A stretch of DNA of 64,000 nucleotides from Bacteroidales bacterium M2 (GTDB taxonomy: Bacteria; Bacteroidota; Bacteroidia; Bacteroidales; Muribaculaceae). Shown one piece after another: positions 9,349 through 20,013 of the stretch (positions within the stretch are counted from its first letter, which is position 1; every line of letters starts with the position of its first letter). The DNA lies in the NCBI GenBank assembly GCA_001689415.1, contig LUJM01000014.1, positions 15,359-79,358 of the forward strand, read 5' to 3'. The notes beneath the pieces are model-generated. The model was not told where the DNA came from, made no database searches, and was given only the letters and a program-made list of their open reading frames with translations. The position numbers and the translations under genes are program-made.

Positions 9349-10092
9349 TTACAATCTGCTGCGGAACTGCGAAAGTGTTATAGCTGTCGCCATTCCAACA
9401 TTAAGACTTTCAACATGCACACTGTCGGCAGGGAAAGGCGGTATGTACAGTCTGCGAGTCACAAACGTCTCTACCTCGGGCGATATACCTTTGCCCTCGT
9501 TGCCCATTACAATCACACCGTCGGCCGACAAAGGCTCGCGGTATATATTCTCTCCGTCGAGGAATGTGCCGTACACAGGCACATCAACTCCGGCGAGATA
9601 CTCGCAAAGGTCGGTATAACAAACCTTTACATTAGCTAAAGCGCCCATCGAGGCCTGCACGGCTTTGGGATTGAAACAATCTACGGTATCAATCGATGCC
9701 AACACCGTATGCACACCCATCCAGTCGCAGCAACGCAGTATAGTGCCCATGTTGCCGGGGTCTTGCACTCGGTCAAGAGCTACAGTAAGGCCATCTAAAG
9801 CAGGCAATTCTCCGGCCTCGGGATGCTCGAAATATGCTATGACAGGCGGCGTTGCCTGCAGCCTGGTAAGTTGTCTCAGCATAGCAGGGCTTGCCTCAAC
9901 TACCTCGTCGGCTTCGGCCTTGTTGTCGGCAAGCCACGACGGCAATGCGAATAGGTAGCGGGCATGAAACACACGCAGCAATTCACCTACGCACTTGGTG
10001 CCCTCGGCCACGAAAAGACCGCTACGGCGGCGACCTTTGGCATCGTCGAGCGAGCCAAATTCCTTTAGCATCCTGTTTGTCAGCTGAAACAT
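9349..10092 (-). CDS. TrmH/SpoU family RNA 2'-O-methyltransferase
   Basis: DRVQDPGNMGTILR, VMGNEGKGIS, ESLNVGMA. Confidence 0.93.
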   Translation of the reverse strand: MFQLTNRMLKEFGSLDDAKGRRRSGLFVAEGTKCVGELLRVFHARYLFALPSWLADNKAEADEVVEASPAMLRQLTRLQATPPVIAYFEHPEAGELPALDGLTVALDRVQDPGNMGTILRCCDWMGVHTVLASIDTVDCFNPKAVQASMGALANVKVCYTDLCEYLAGVDVPVYGTFLDGENIYREPLSADGVIVMGNEGKGISPEVETFVTRRLYIPPFPADSVHVESLNVGMATAITLSQFRSRL

Positions 10093-10119
10093 ATCTTCTT
10101 TTATTTTGCTCTCAAGTAA

Positions 10120-11106
10120 CTAAAATACATACCCGGCCTCTTCGACCAACGCCTTATCCGATGCAATCGTGGCCCCGGTGGTGGTGAGCAGGTCGCCGGT
10201 AATAGCTCCGTTAATGCCTATGCGAAGACACTCGAGCAGGCATTTTTTCGACAATCGCTCGCGGCCTCCGGCAAAACGCAACTGTACCTTGGGGTGGGCC
10301 ATGCGGAACAATGCAACCGTACGGATTATTTCTTCTTCGCTTATCAGAGGGGTATTCTCAAGCGGTGTTCCGGGTATGGGGCACAATATATTGATAGGTA
10401 TCGACACCGGCTCTGCCTTTCGCAAAGTTATAGCCAACTCCATACGCTGGCGGCGTGTTTCACCCATTCCGATGATGCCGCCCGAACATATCTTGAAGCC
10501 CGCATCGCGAGCTGCGGCAATGGTTGCAAGTTTATCTTCGGTAGTATGCGAGCTACACAGTTGAGGGAAATACGAGGGCGCGGTTTCGAGATTGCAATGA
10601 TAGCGGCGAGCACCGGCGGCAAACAACTGCTGCAGCTCCTCGCGATTGAGCAAGCCCAGCGACGCACAGGTCTCGATACCGCACGACTCCCCGGCCTCTT
10701 TAACTATATCGCAAACTTGGTCAAGCGCACGGCCTTTGACCGAGCGGCCACTTGCCACGAGCGAAAAACGCCTTACTCCGCGACTCTTATTATGCGCCGC
10801 AAGAGCAAGGGCCTCCTTGCGGTCTACAATATCATAGGTCTGGCAGCCGGTATGGAATCGGGCCGACTGGGCACACCATTTGCAGTCTTCAGAGCATCGG
10901 CCCGAACGGGCATTCACTATCGAACAGGTATCGAATTGATTGCCACACAGGCGTGTAAGCTTGGCAGCTTCATTATAAAGCGCTTCGATTGCTTCTGGAG
11001 TTTCTACTTCTGTAAGCTTATATAATGTATCCTCGTCGAGAGTACCGCCTTGGGCAACTATATTGCCGGCTTGTACAACGAGTGCTAATTCTTCATTCTT
11101 TGTCAT
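10120..11106 (-). CDS. bioB: Biotin synthase
   Basis: Radical SAM CSEDCKWCAQS, YHCNLET, CSGGIIGMGE, GDLLTTTG. Confidence 0.95.
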   Translation of the reverse strand: MTKNEELALVVQAGNIVAQGGTLDEDTLYKLTEVETPEAIEALYNEAAKLTRLCGNQFDTCSIVNARSGRCSEDCKWCAQSARFHTGCQTYDIVDRKEALALAAHNKSRGVRRFSLVASGRSVKGRALDQVCDIVKEAGESCGIETCASLGLLNREELQQLFAAGARRYHCNLETAPSYFPQLCSSHTTEDKLATIAAARDAGFKICSGGIIGMGETRRQRMELAITLRKAEPVSIPINILCPIPGTPLENTPLISEEEIIRTVALFRMAHPKVQLRFAGGRERLSKKCLLECLRIGINGAITGDLLTTTGATIASDKALVEEAGYVF

Positions 11107-11230
11107 TACAATAGAATTTTATATGGCAAAATTACAAAAAGCATGCGACAAATGCAACTCGGCGCTGCCGCTGTACGCATATTATTAAGGTACTCTGAAA
11201 TGATGTAAAACCAAATTGCGCGGCGTTTTG

Positions 11231-11262
11231 TTTGTCTTTTTGATAAGATATTAATATCTTTG
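11231..11262 (+). promoter_or_regulatory. Bacteroidota sigma-A promoter (TTTG-20 nt-TATCTTTG) for acyltransferase/phosphoesterase/tex operon
   Basis: -33 TTTG at 11231-11234 and -7 TATCTTTG at 11255-11262; divergent TAATTTTG for bioB at 11127-11134. Confidence 0.75.
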
Positions 11263-11302
11263 CAGAGAATTTACCCCCGCTGCAACGTAAAACTTGCATA
11301 TT

Positions 11303-12499
11303 ATGACAGACTTAACTCAACATAACGACACTTCAATCGAGCAATTCGACGATATACGCCCCTACGACGACCACCAATTCCGCGAGAAAATTGCTTCTCT
11401 CGTACGCGAACCGGCCTTTGAGCACGCCGTAAGGTATGTTATGCCCGATGTCGATTATAATGACTTCGTATCCAAGCTTATCACTATCGAGAGTCAGATG
11501 GACTTCCAGGTTAAAATCATGGGGCCATTCCTCGAGATGCTGGTTGCCCGTACAACAAACGGGCTGACAATGGACGGCTACGAAAACTATATACCGGGGA
11601 ATCCCCACGTTTTCATCACCAACCACCGCGACATCGTGCTCGATGCCTCGTTCCTAAACCTGTGTTTCATTCGCAAGCAACTACCTATCACACAAGTAGC
11701 TATCGGCAACAACCTGCTTATTTTCGAGTGGATTACCGACCTGGTGAAACTCAACCGAAGCTTCATCGTGAAACGCGACACCGGAATCAAAGAGGCCCTT
11801 GCTGCAGCCCAGCACCTGTCGGCTTACATACACCATACACTCACAAAGAGCAAGGAGTCGGTATGGATAGCTCAGCGACAGGGTCGTGCAAAAGACTCAA
11901 ACGATATCACTCAGGAAAGCGTTGTAAAGATGCTTTCGCTTGCCGGAGGCAAAGAGCCCAAGGATAATCTCCTGGAGCTCAACCTCATGCCGGTTTCAAT
12001 AAGCTATGAGTACGACCCCAACGACTATCTGAAAGTTCGCGAATTCCTGCTGCGCCGCCGCAACCCCGACTTCAAAAAGACCCAGCGCGACGACCTTTTC
12101 AGCATGGAGACCGGCCTGCTTTCGCACAAAGGTCGCGTTCACTTCCACCTCGGTGAGTGCATCAATGCGCAGCTGTCGGAAGACCCTGCCACAGGACGCA
12201 GCGAAATCGTTCATAAAGCCTGCGAAATCCTCGACAGGTCAATTCATTGCGGATACCGTATTTTCCCCTGCAACTACATCGCTTACGATGAAGTCACAGG
12301 TACCAAGACCTATGCGTCGAAGTACAGCCGTGACGACATGGATGCTTTCGACGCATATATAGCCCGACAGCTCGAAAAAGTCGATGTGCCCGACATCACC
12401 GACGACGAACACCTATTTATGAGGGAAACCATGCTGTCGATGTACGCTAATCCGCTTCGCAACCAACTTGCAGCCAAAGACTGCTCTACATGCTCGTAA
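11303..12499 (+). CDS. Glycerolipid/phospholipid acyltransferase (PlsB/PlsC-like)
   Basis: NHRDIVLD (HX4D), WIAQRQGRAKD, PVSISYEYDP. Confidence 0.85.
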   Translation: MTDLTQHNDTSIEQFDDIRPYDDHQFREKIASLVREPAFEHAVRYVMPDVDYNDFVSKLITIESQMDFQVKIMGPFLEMLVARTTNGLTMDGYENYIPGNPHVFITNHRDIVLDASFLNLCFIRKQLPITQVAIGNNLLIFEWITDLVKLNRSFIVKRDTGIKEALAAAQHLSAYIHHTLTKSKESVWIAQRQGRAKDSNDITQESVVKMLSLAGGKEPKDNLLELNLMPVSISYEYDPNDYLKVREFLLRRRNPDFKKTQRDDLFSMETGLLSHKGRVHFHLGECINAQLSEDPATGRSEIVHKACEILDRSIHCGYRIFPCNYIAYDEVTGTKTYASKYSRDDMDAFDAYIARQLEKVDVPDITDDEHLFMRETMLSMYANPLRNQLAAKDCSTCS

Positions 12500-12500
12500 A

Positions 12501-13694
12501 ATGCGACTTCCTCTCCTCCTTATAATTCCCTTTCTTATAATCGATGCCCTGATCGACTGGTATATATGCCGGTCGGTATGGCGTCGTTGTACCCGACACG
12601 CTTCCTTTTGGCGCAAGTCGGCGCTATGGTCGTCGATACTGTTGGCATTATTCTTCGTTGTAATCATCGCATGGCCTAAGAAGTCGAGTTCCGACGGCGA
12701 CCTTACCAACCTTATGTGGGGGCTGTACGCCTATTTCTCGGTCTATATAGCCAAGTATTTCTTTGTCGTTTTCGACCTGATTGCCAAAATACCGCAACTT
12801 TTTGGTCGAAAACGCATTAAAGCACTGTCCGCCATCGGAGTATGTATAGCTGTGCTCTGCTTCGTAACGATGTGGTGGGGCGCACTTGTAAACCGCTGGA
12901 ACATCGATGTGCGCGAGGTCGATTTTACCGACTCCGGCGTACCGGCAGCGTTTGACGGCTATAAGATTGTGCAGCTATCCGACATTCACACAGGCTCTTA
13001 CGGCAATGATACGACATATCTTTCGGAGGTCGTTGACCGTATCAATTCACTCAATCCCGACATAGTATTATTTACCGGCGACATCGTAAACCGCCACAGC
13101 GACGAGCTCGAACCATTCGTATCTACCTTGGCGCGTTTCGAAGCTCCGGTATACTCCGTACTCGGCAACCATGATTACGGCGATTACTACCACTGGCCCG
13201 ATGCCGCCGCAAAGCAAGCCAACCACCGCAAGCTTTTCGACCTGCAAAAAGCCATGGGCTGGCAACTGCTCAACAACGACAGCCGCACCCTGCGACAAGG
13301 CAACGACTCCATAGTATTAATAGGTGTTGAGAATATCGGCGACCCGCCATTCCCTGTCTACGGCGACCTCGACAAAGCTTATCAAGGCGACCTTGCCGAC
13401 CCTGCTTTCAAGATTCTTATGAGCCACAACCCGGCCCACTGGGTAGAAGATATCAAGGATTCGCCTGACAAAAATATCGCACTTACTCTCTCCGGACACA
13501 CACATGCCATGCAGCTGGAATTCTTCGGCATATCCCCGGCAGCCTTTCGCTACGATACCTGGGGTGGAATGTATGCTGATGCCGACTCGGCCCACAGGCT
13601 ATATGTCAACATTGGCCTCGGCGAGGTAGGTATACCGGCACGTATCGGCGCAACTCCCGAAATCACGATAATCACACTACGACGTGGAAACTGA
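12501..13694 (+). CDS. Membrane-anchored metallophosphoesterase (calcineurin-like)
   Basis: N-terminal TMs; SDIH, TGDIVN, GNHD, SHNP, SGHTH. Confidence 0.92.
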   Translation: MRLPLLLIIPFLIIDALIDWYICRSVWRRCTRHASFWRKSALWSSILLALFFVVIIAWPKKSSSDGDLTNLMWGLYAYFSVYIAKYFFVVFDLIAKIPQLFGRKRIKALSAIGVCIAVLCFVTMWWGALVNRWNIDVREVDFTDSGVPAAFDGYKIVQLSDIHTGSYGNDTTYLSEVVDRINSLNPDIVLFTGDIVNRHSDELEPFVSTLARFEAPVYSVLGNHDYGDYYHWPDAAAKQANHRKLFDLQKAMGWQLLNNDSRTLRQGNDSIVLIGVENIGDPPFPVYGDLDKAYQGDLADPAFKILMSHNPAHWVEDIKDSPDKNIALTLSGHTHAMQLEFFGISPAAFRYDTWGGMYADADSAHRLYVNIGLGEVGIPARIGATPEITIITLRRGN

Positions 13695-15831
13695 CAACAT
13701 TTTAGCCCATAGTGTCGCCAAGCGCGTCAACCTCCCCGAATATGGTGTCCGGGCCGTTATCGAGTTGCTCGACGACGGCGCCACGGTGCCATTCATTAGC
13801 CGTTATCGCAAAGACCGCACCGGTTCGCTCAACGAAGTTGATGTACGTGCTATCGAGAGTGCTCTCGCTGCAGTACGCGCGCTCGATGCCCGCAAAGATT
13901 TTGTGCGTCAAGCCATTACCGATGCAGGAGCGATGACCGACGAGCTATCGCGCCGCCTTGACGAGGCCGATACTATGACCGCCGTCGAGGACATCTATGC
14001 GCCGTTCAAACCAAAGCGCCGCACCCGTGCCACTGCCGCTCGCGAAAAGGGCCTCGAGCCACTGGCTAAAATGATTATGGCCGGCCGCACCGAGCCTCAT
14101 AAAACAGCCGAACGCTTTGTAAAGCCCGGCACTGTCGATTCGGTCGACGATGCCCTGCAGGGTGCAAGAGATATTATTGCCGAATGGGCTTCGGAGTCTG
14201 CACGACTGCGAAATGCAGTCAGGCGGGCTCTCAGGCGTAAGGCCGTAATCAGATGCTCGACGGTCAAAGGACAGGAAAGCGCTCTTGAGGAGTCTCCATT
14301 TGCCGGTTATGCAGCCTTCTCTACGCCGGTACAAAGGTGTTCTTCACACCAGTACCTTGCCATTCGGCGAGCCGAAAGCCAGGGCTTGCTCAAAGTAAAA
14401 TTCGTTATGCCTCAGGACGATAACACCACCGAGGCTATTGCCGACATGTTTGTTTCCGAAAAGGCCAACAGCGACTGTGCGAAATGCATCACAATGGCCG
14501 TCGAAGATGCCTACAAGCGGCTGCTCCTACCGGCTGCCGAGACTGATATCTCCGCCGAACTAAAGGAAAAAGCCGACACTGTGGCTATCGACATTTTCGC
14601 CGACACCCTGCGGCAGCTGCTGCTCGCCCCGCCTCTGCTCGGCAAGCGAGTGCTCGCTTTCGACCCCGGTTTCAGATCGGGTTGCAAAGTGGCGGCTCTC
14701 GATGCACAAGGCAACTTACTCCACGACTGTGTAATATACCCTCACCCGCCACAAAAGGCCGTAGAGGAATCGGCGGCTACAGTTTCTGTAATCATACGCC
14801 GCTGCAAGCCTGATGTCATAGCAATAGGCAACGGCACTGCATCGCGCGAAACTGAAGCTTTCATCAAGAACAACGAGCTTTTCGACCCTGCCAAAGTATT
14901 TATTGTCAGCGAGAGCGGCGCCTCGGTTTACTCCGCAAGCGAATTGGCAGCCAAGGAGTTGCCCGACAAAGACATCACCGTACGTGGCACGGTTTCGATT
15001 GGACGAAGGCTTATTGATCCATTGGCCGAGCTAATCAAAATCGACCCTAAATCCATTGGAGTTGGGCAATACCAGCACGACGTAGACCAGGCGAGGCTCA
15101 AAGATGCCCTCGACTTCACCGTGCTTAGCTGCGTAAATGCCGTCGGCGTGAACCTCAATACAGCCTCGGAGCGTTTGCTGAGCTACGTTTCGGGCATAGG
15201 GCCGCAATTGGCGGCAAACATCGTGGCATACCGCGCCGCAAACGGCGACTTCTGTAGCCGAGCTCAACTCAAAAAAGTTAAACGCCTCGGCGACAAGGCA
15301 TTCGAGCAATCTGCCGGATTCCTCAGAATTACAGGCGGCAACAATCCCCTCGACAACACCGGCATACACCCCGAAAGCTATGCTCTTGTCGAAACAATGG
15401 CCAAACGACTCGGCGTAAAGGTAGGAGACATGCCGGCAAACAACGAACTGCTCGACCGTCTCGATCCGGAAACCCTTGCAAATGAGGGCATCGGAGGTAA
15501 AGAAACTATCACCGACATCATTGCCGAACTGCGCAAACCGGGGCGTGACCCTCGAACAGACACTGACACCGAGGCTTTCACTCCAACTGTCAGCGACATC
15601 AACGAGCTTACAGTAGGCATGATGGTCGACGGCGTTGTCGACAATATCACAGCATTCGGCGCATTTATCGACCTCGGTATCAAGGACAAAGGCCTGATAC
15701 ATATTTCGCAGCTCGCCAACCGCCGCGTCAACAGCGTGGGCGAAGTACTCAAGATTCACCAGAAAGTCCATGCCCGAGTTATCGACATCGACCTCAAACG
15801 CCACCGCATATCCCTGAGCCTGAAGCAATGA
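13684..15831 (+). CDS. tex: Tex family transcription accessory protein (S1 domain)
   Basis: ATVPFISRYRKDRTG, DPGFRSGCK, GNGTASRETE, KSIGVGQYQHDV, C-terminal S1. Confidence 0.96.
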   Translation: METDNILAHSVAKRVNLPEYGVRAVIELLDDGATVPFISRYRKDRTGSLNEVDVRAIESALAAVRALDARKDFVRQAITDAGAMTDELSRRLDEADTMTAVEDIYAPFKPKRRTRATAAREKGLEPLAKMIMAGRTEPHKTAERFVKPGTVDSVDDALQGARDIIAEWASESARLRNAVRRALRRKAVIRCSTVKGQESALEESPFAGYAAFSTPVQRCSSHQYLAIRRAESQGLLKVKFVMPQDDNTTEAIADMFVSEKANSDCAKCITMAVEDAYKRLLLPAAETDISAELKEKADTVAIDIFADTLRQLLLAPPLLGKRVLAFDPGFRSGCKVAALDAQGNLLHDCVIYPHPPQKAVEESAATVSVIIRRCKPDVIAIGNGTASRETEAFIKNNELFDPAKVFIVSESGASVYSASELAAKELPDKDITVRGTVSIGRRLIDPLAELIKIDPKSIGVGQYQHDVDQARLKDALDFTVLSCVNAVGVNLNTASERLLSYVSGIGPQLAANIVAYRAANGDFCSRAQLKKVKRLGDKAFEQSAGFLRITGGNNPLDNTGIHPESYALVETMAKRLGVKVGDMPANNELLDRLDPETLANEGIGGKETITDIIAELRKPGRDPRTDTDTEAFTPTVSDINELTVGMMVDGVVDNITAFGAFIDLGIKDKGLIHISQLANRRVNSVGEVLKIHQKVHARVIDIDLKRHRISLSLKQ

Positions 15832-16199
15832 GTACCAACATAGCCACAATCTGTTTAGGAGCCAACACCCCCGACGCTGCCGAGCGCCTCGCACGAGCAT
15901 ACAGCGTACTCACAATACTCGGTGCAATCGTCAACGCAACGCCCCCCTACCCTACTGCGCCCGAATATGTAGGTAAAACTGCACCGTATCTAAATCAGAT
16001 TGCAATACTGGCCACACAGTTGAGCCACGACGAACTGGCAGAGCGCACCAAGCGCTACCAGGCCGAAATACGAGCCAACAACCCCTACGCCCCACTTGTC
16101 AACATCGACATCGACATCGTAGAATGGAACGGCACAATAATGCGCCCCGCCGACGCCCGCGCCGCCTACTACCTCCAAGGCCTCGCAATGCTAAGGTAG
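15828..16199 (+). CDS. Short FolK/HPPK-like protein
   Basis: ICLGAN, YLNQI, NIDIDIV motifs; lacks GRxR/WGPR loop and LxxPH. Confidence 0.7.
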   Translation: MSTNIATICLGANTPDAAERLARAYSVLTILGAIVNATPPYPTAPEYVGKTAPYLNQIAILATQLSHDELAERTKRYQAEIRANNPYAPLVNIDIDIVEWNGTIMRPADARAAYYLQGLAMLR

Positions 16200-16299
16200 A
16201 TGTTAACCTTCGCATTGACGGCTGTCTAGCCTTCGACCAATATTTACTAATACACAGAATAACTCAGCAATCAGACATTAGAGTGTCAAAAAGTTTTTG

Positions 16300-16307
16300 T
16301 AACTTTG
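16300..16307 (+). promoter_or_regulatory. -7 promoter element (TAACTTTG) for RM island
   Basis: Consensus match upstream of first MTase. Confidence 0.55.
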
Positions 16308-16436
16308 CAATCATATCAGTACAAGAGTTGGCAATGACCAATTTGTGTAAGTAATACCTTATTGAATAATCTTCCCGGTGGCTGCAATAAAAATTTTGGC
16401 ACTTGCCTACAACACCAGGAGATATTTTTTACTTTA

Positions 16437-17477
16437 ATGACAAAACCGGCTCCAAACGTTATCGACCTTTTTTGTGGCTGCGGAGGTTTCTCTCTTGGAT
16501 TCGAGAGGGCTGGCTTCAATGTATTATTAGGAATAGATGTATGGAAGGATGCCATATGCACCTTCAAGCACAACCATAAAACAAGCCAAGTATTACAGGC
16601 CGACCTCTCCAATTTAGACCCTTCAGATACACGATTCTTCCTAAATGGGAAATCGATTGACATCATTATTGGCGGGCCTCCATGCCAAGGCTTTTCTGTA
16701 GCAGGGAAACGTATTGTTGATGACATAAGGAACAAGCTTTATAAAAGCTTCGTAAATTTTGTTGCATACTATAAACCAAAAGCCTTTGTTATGGAAAACG
16801 TCCCAAACATTCTTTCAATAGGTGGTGGGGCTGTGCGAGATTCTATCCTGAAAGATTTTTCAGAACTGGGGTATACTATAGAGTATCGTATTCTCATGGC
16901 ATCTGATTATGGAGTTCCTCAAAATCGTAGGCGAGCGATATTTGTTGGATTCCTTAATGGTCATCATTTTGTTTTTCCAGAGCGATTCACAACAAACAAA
17001 GTAACAGCAGAAGAAGCAATTTCGGATTTACCAGAACAATCAGTAGTCGACGGAAGCGCTTATCCTTGCAGTCCGAAATCTGCTTATCAAGAACTCATGA
17101 GACGAAACTCTACTAGTCTTTTTAATCATCAAGCCACTGTGCATAATGAAAAAACTATCGAGATAATATCACATGTTCCTGACGGTGGGAACTATAAGGA
17201 TCTGCCCATAGAATTGCAGGGGACTCGAAAAGTCCATATAGCATGGACTCGACTAAACAGTAAAAAACCGAGTTTTACAATTGATACCGGACATCGCCAT
17301 CACTTTCATTATTCATATAATCGAATTCCAACTGCTCGCGAAAGTGCCAGAATACAGTCATTTCCCGACCATTTCATTTTCACTTGCAGTCGTACCAGCC
17401 AGTTAAAACAAATAGGCAATGCTGTACCTCCATTATTAGGTCAAGCGATTGCAAACTCACTCCTTGACCAATTATGA
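16437..17477 (+). CDS. DNA cytosine-C5 methyltransferase (M1)
   Basis: Motifs DLFCGCGG, GGPPCQGFS, MENV, PQNRRR, ARIQSFPD, QIGNAVPP. Confidence 0.96.
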   Translation: MTKPAPNVIDLFCGCGGFSLGFERAGFNVLLGIDVWKDAICTFKHNHKTSQVLQADLSNLDPSDTRFFLNGKSIDIIIGGPPCQGFSVAGKRIVDDIRNKLYKSFVNFVAYYKPKAFVMENVPNILSIGGGAVRDSILKDFSELGYTIEYRILMASDYGVPQNRRRAIFVGFLNGHHFVFPERFTTNKVTAEEAISDLPEQSVVDGSAYPCSPKSAYQELMRRNSTSLFNHQATVHNEKTIEIISHVPDGGNYKDLPIELQGTRKVHIAWTRLNSKKPSFTIDTGHRHHFHYSYNRIPTARESARIQSFPDHFIFTCSRTSQLKQIGNAVPPLLGQAIANSLLDQL

Positions 17478-18949
17478 AGAAACTTTATCGCATACCCGAC
17501 AGAGATTACTTAAGAATACACTTCGTACGCCCGAGATTTAAAAACAACATCGAGAATGTGTTGCTTTACATGGCTAACGAATGCTGTAAGATTGAGCCAT
17601 GCCCATGCAGAGAATACGCTGATATAATCAATAATGCAATACGACTATTCCCAGGCAATATTGGTTCCACTCAGAAGACTATTGAAAACTGGCGCACTGA
17701 AATTTCTGCTTTATGCGCTTTTTATAATGAAGATATCGTTTCAAATATTACAGAAACTTCAAGACTCTCTTTTTTCTTAAATGAGCATCAGGATTTAACT
17801 CAGTTCTTTAAATTCCTGATGCTATCTTTTCAATTCCCTGGCGGTCATATTAAACCTGCTGACAATATTGAACTTATAAATAAAGGTGTTCGATTTAAAC
17901 CAGCTCACTTTATTATCCAGGTTTTAATGAGTGGAAACGCACTCCTTGCTGCAGAGAATTCAGAAAAAGAGATGAGTATTTCGGCAGAAGAAGCCACTTA
18001 CTGTATACTTAACGACCTACAGGTGACAACCGGTAAACGTCCAGCACAATAAGTTGCAGAAATAATATTATCAAATAGGCGCAATAAACTTGGTTACTAC
18101 GACAAAAGAGACCCTCGAAATTTTAACTCTAAGGGAAAGCCAAGGAGCAAGAGTGATGTTGTAAGGTACGCAGGTGATATTATGGACTATATGGAAATAG
18201 CATCTCTTTTGGAACGTCGATTGGATGGCTATTACCGCTTAAAACCCAACTCTGTTGCAGACATTAAAGCGTTTATAAGCGATAAAACGTACTTTGATGG
18301 CTATGAGCAGTTCTATGGAATTTCAGAGCTAAAGCCGAGTATGCTCACACCGATAGAATCAAAATGGTTCTCATATGTGAATAATCTTGTTGACCCTAAT
18401 AAATTTAGAACAGATATACGTTCTCTCATTGAAAGTACAGAAATTGAAGTTGTTTTTGACACACGCATTGCAGAAATAATAGAAAGTGACAACCGCACGA
18501 CCAAAGACATCGGCAATATTGGCGAATCTATTATTTATTCACATGAGAAACAACGTCTTAAACTCGCAGGCTACGAAGATTTTCTTCATCTGATTACTAT
18601 TGTAGACAGCCCTGCATATCATCCAGGCTTCGATATCGACAGTCTTGAAGGAGACGGAACAAATCATCATAGATACATAGAGGTCAAGACTACAGTCAGC
18701 CGCAAAAAAATTAATCTGTTTAGCTTCCATATGTCTCCCAATGAATGGGCAGTAGCAGAAACAAACCGCGAGCATTATTGTATCTATCGTCTTATGCTTA
18801 GTGCCACTGAGAAAACACTATATATACTTCGTAATCCTGTTGCACTGTATAAAAGAGACGAGATAGAAGCTCTACCGCGCAATGGCATGGAAATCTCATT
18901 TGATTCATCAAAATTTAAACCTGAAGAATTATTGGTATGGCAAGGATAA
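17474..18949 (+). pseudogene. BpuJI-like type IIS restriction endonuclease with C-terminal DUF3883/PD-(D/E)xK domain, interrupted by in-frame TAA at 18050-18052
   Basis: ORFs 17474-18052 and 18182-18949 share a frame and the 43 codons between them are open (VAEIILSNRR...VVRYAGDI); RPRFKN, KTIENWRTEISAL, FQFPGGHIK recalled as BpuJI N-domain-like; C-terminal GFDIDS...YIEVKTT. Confidence 0.82.
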
Positions 18950-20013
18950 AAGTAGCTTCACTATTCTGTGGTTGTGGAGGCATGGATTTAGGAATCGTTG
19001 GAGGTTTCTCATTCCTTGACACAGATTATCCCCGATCTGCATTTGATATAGTTTATGCCGTAGACAACGATGAATATTGCACAAAATTATATAATGCCAA
19101 CTTTGAGCATAAGTGTATTATTAAAGACGTAAGAGAAATCAAACCAGAACAAATCCCTGATTTTGATGTATTGGTAGGAGGATTCCCATGCCAATCTTTT
19201 TCTATCTCAGCACAGAATCCACCTCGTCTTGGTTTCAAAGACGAAAGAGGCATGCTTTTCTTCGAAATGGTAAAAATACTCAAAGAAAAGAAACCTCGCG
19301 TCTTCATCGCAGAGAATGTCAAAGGCCTGTTGTCAGCTAATCATAAGCAGGCTTTCCCGATGATTCTAAAAGAGTTTTCCGAAGCGGGCTATGATGTTCA
19401 ATATTATTTGGTAAACGCGTCCAAGTTTGGTGTTCCCCAAAAACGTGAACGCGTCATAATTATAGGCTTCCGTGAAAAAAAAGATAAAAAGAACTTCGTT
19501 TTTTCCCATTATATTCCTAACTTGTCAGTACTTGGCGATGTCATTGATGAACTCGAGAACGAAAACGAAGCTCTTTTTTTCAGCGATAGAGCCGTTGCCG
19601 GTATGCTGGCCGTTCGCAACAAAATGAACAAAGGACGAGCCCAAGACCTAACACAACCATGCAATACTATAAGTGCTCATCTAGCTAAGGTTAGTTTGAA
19701 CTCAACAGACCCAGTACTAATGATAGGGAATCGCTACCGAAGATTCTCCTGCCGAGAGGCTGCGCGAATTCAGAGTTTTCCTGATTCATTTATTCTTGAC
19801 ATAGTATCACCTATACGACAATACAAAGCAATCGGAAATGCAGTGCCACCAGTAATGATGTGGCATATAGCCAATGCCATTCAACGTGCTCTTGAGGTTT
19901 CTGATGGAGAATACGACACATATTCTAAGAAGGCATCGCCTCAATATGCATTTCCTCGTTATGAGGGCCTTCAAGGATGCCTTTTTGAACAAGAAGCGCA
20001 ATATGGTAATTAG
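18937..20013 (+). CDS. DNA cytosine-C5 methyltransferase (M2)
   Basis: SLFCGCGGMDLG, GGFPCQSFS, AENVKG, PQKRERV, ARIQSFPD, IGNAVPP. Confidence 0.96.
   Translation: MARIKVASLFCGCGGMDLGIVGGFSFLDTDYPRSAFDIVYAVDNDEYCTKLYNANFEHKCIIKDVREIKPEQIPDFDVLVGGFPCQSFSISAQNPPRLGFKDERGMLFFEMVKILKEKKPRVFIAENVKGLLSANHKQAFPMILKEFSEAGYDVQYYLVNASKFGVPQKRERVIIIGFREKKDKKNFVFSHYIPNLSVLGDVIDELENENEALFFSDRAVAGMLAVRNKMNKGRAQDLTQPCNTISAHLAKVSLNSTDPVLMIGNRYRRFSCREAARIQSFPDSFILDIVSPIRQYKAIGNAVPPVMMWHIANAIQRALEVSDGEYDTYSKKASPQYAFPRYEGLQGCLFEQEAQYGN

Noticed and set aside
18050..18052. Stop-codon reassignment or programmed read-through
   Set aside because: TAA ends many ordinary genes in the window; a single instance fits a nonsense mutation or error better.
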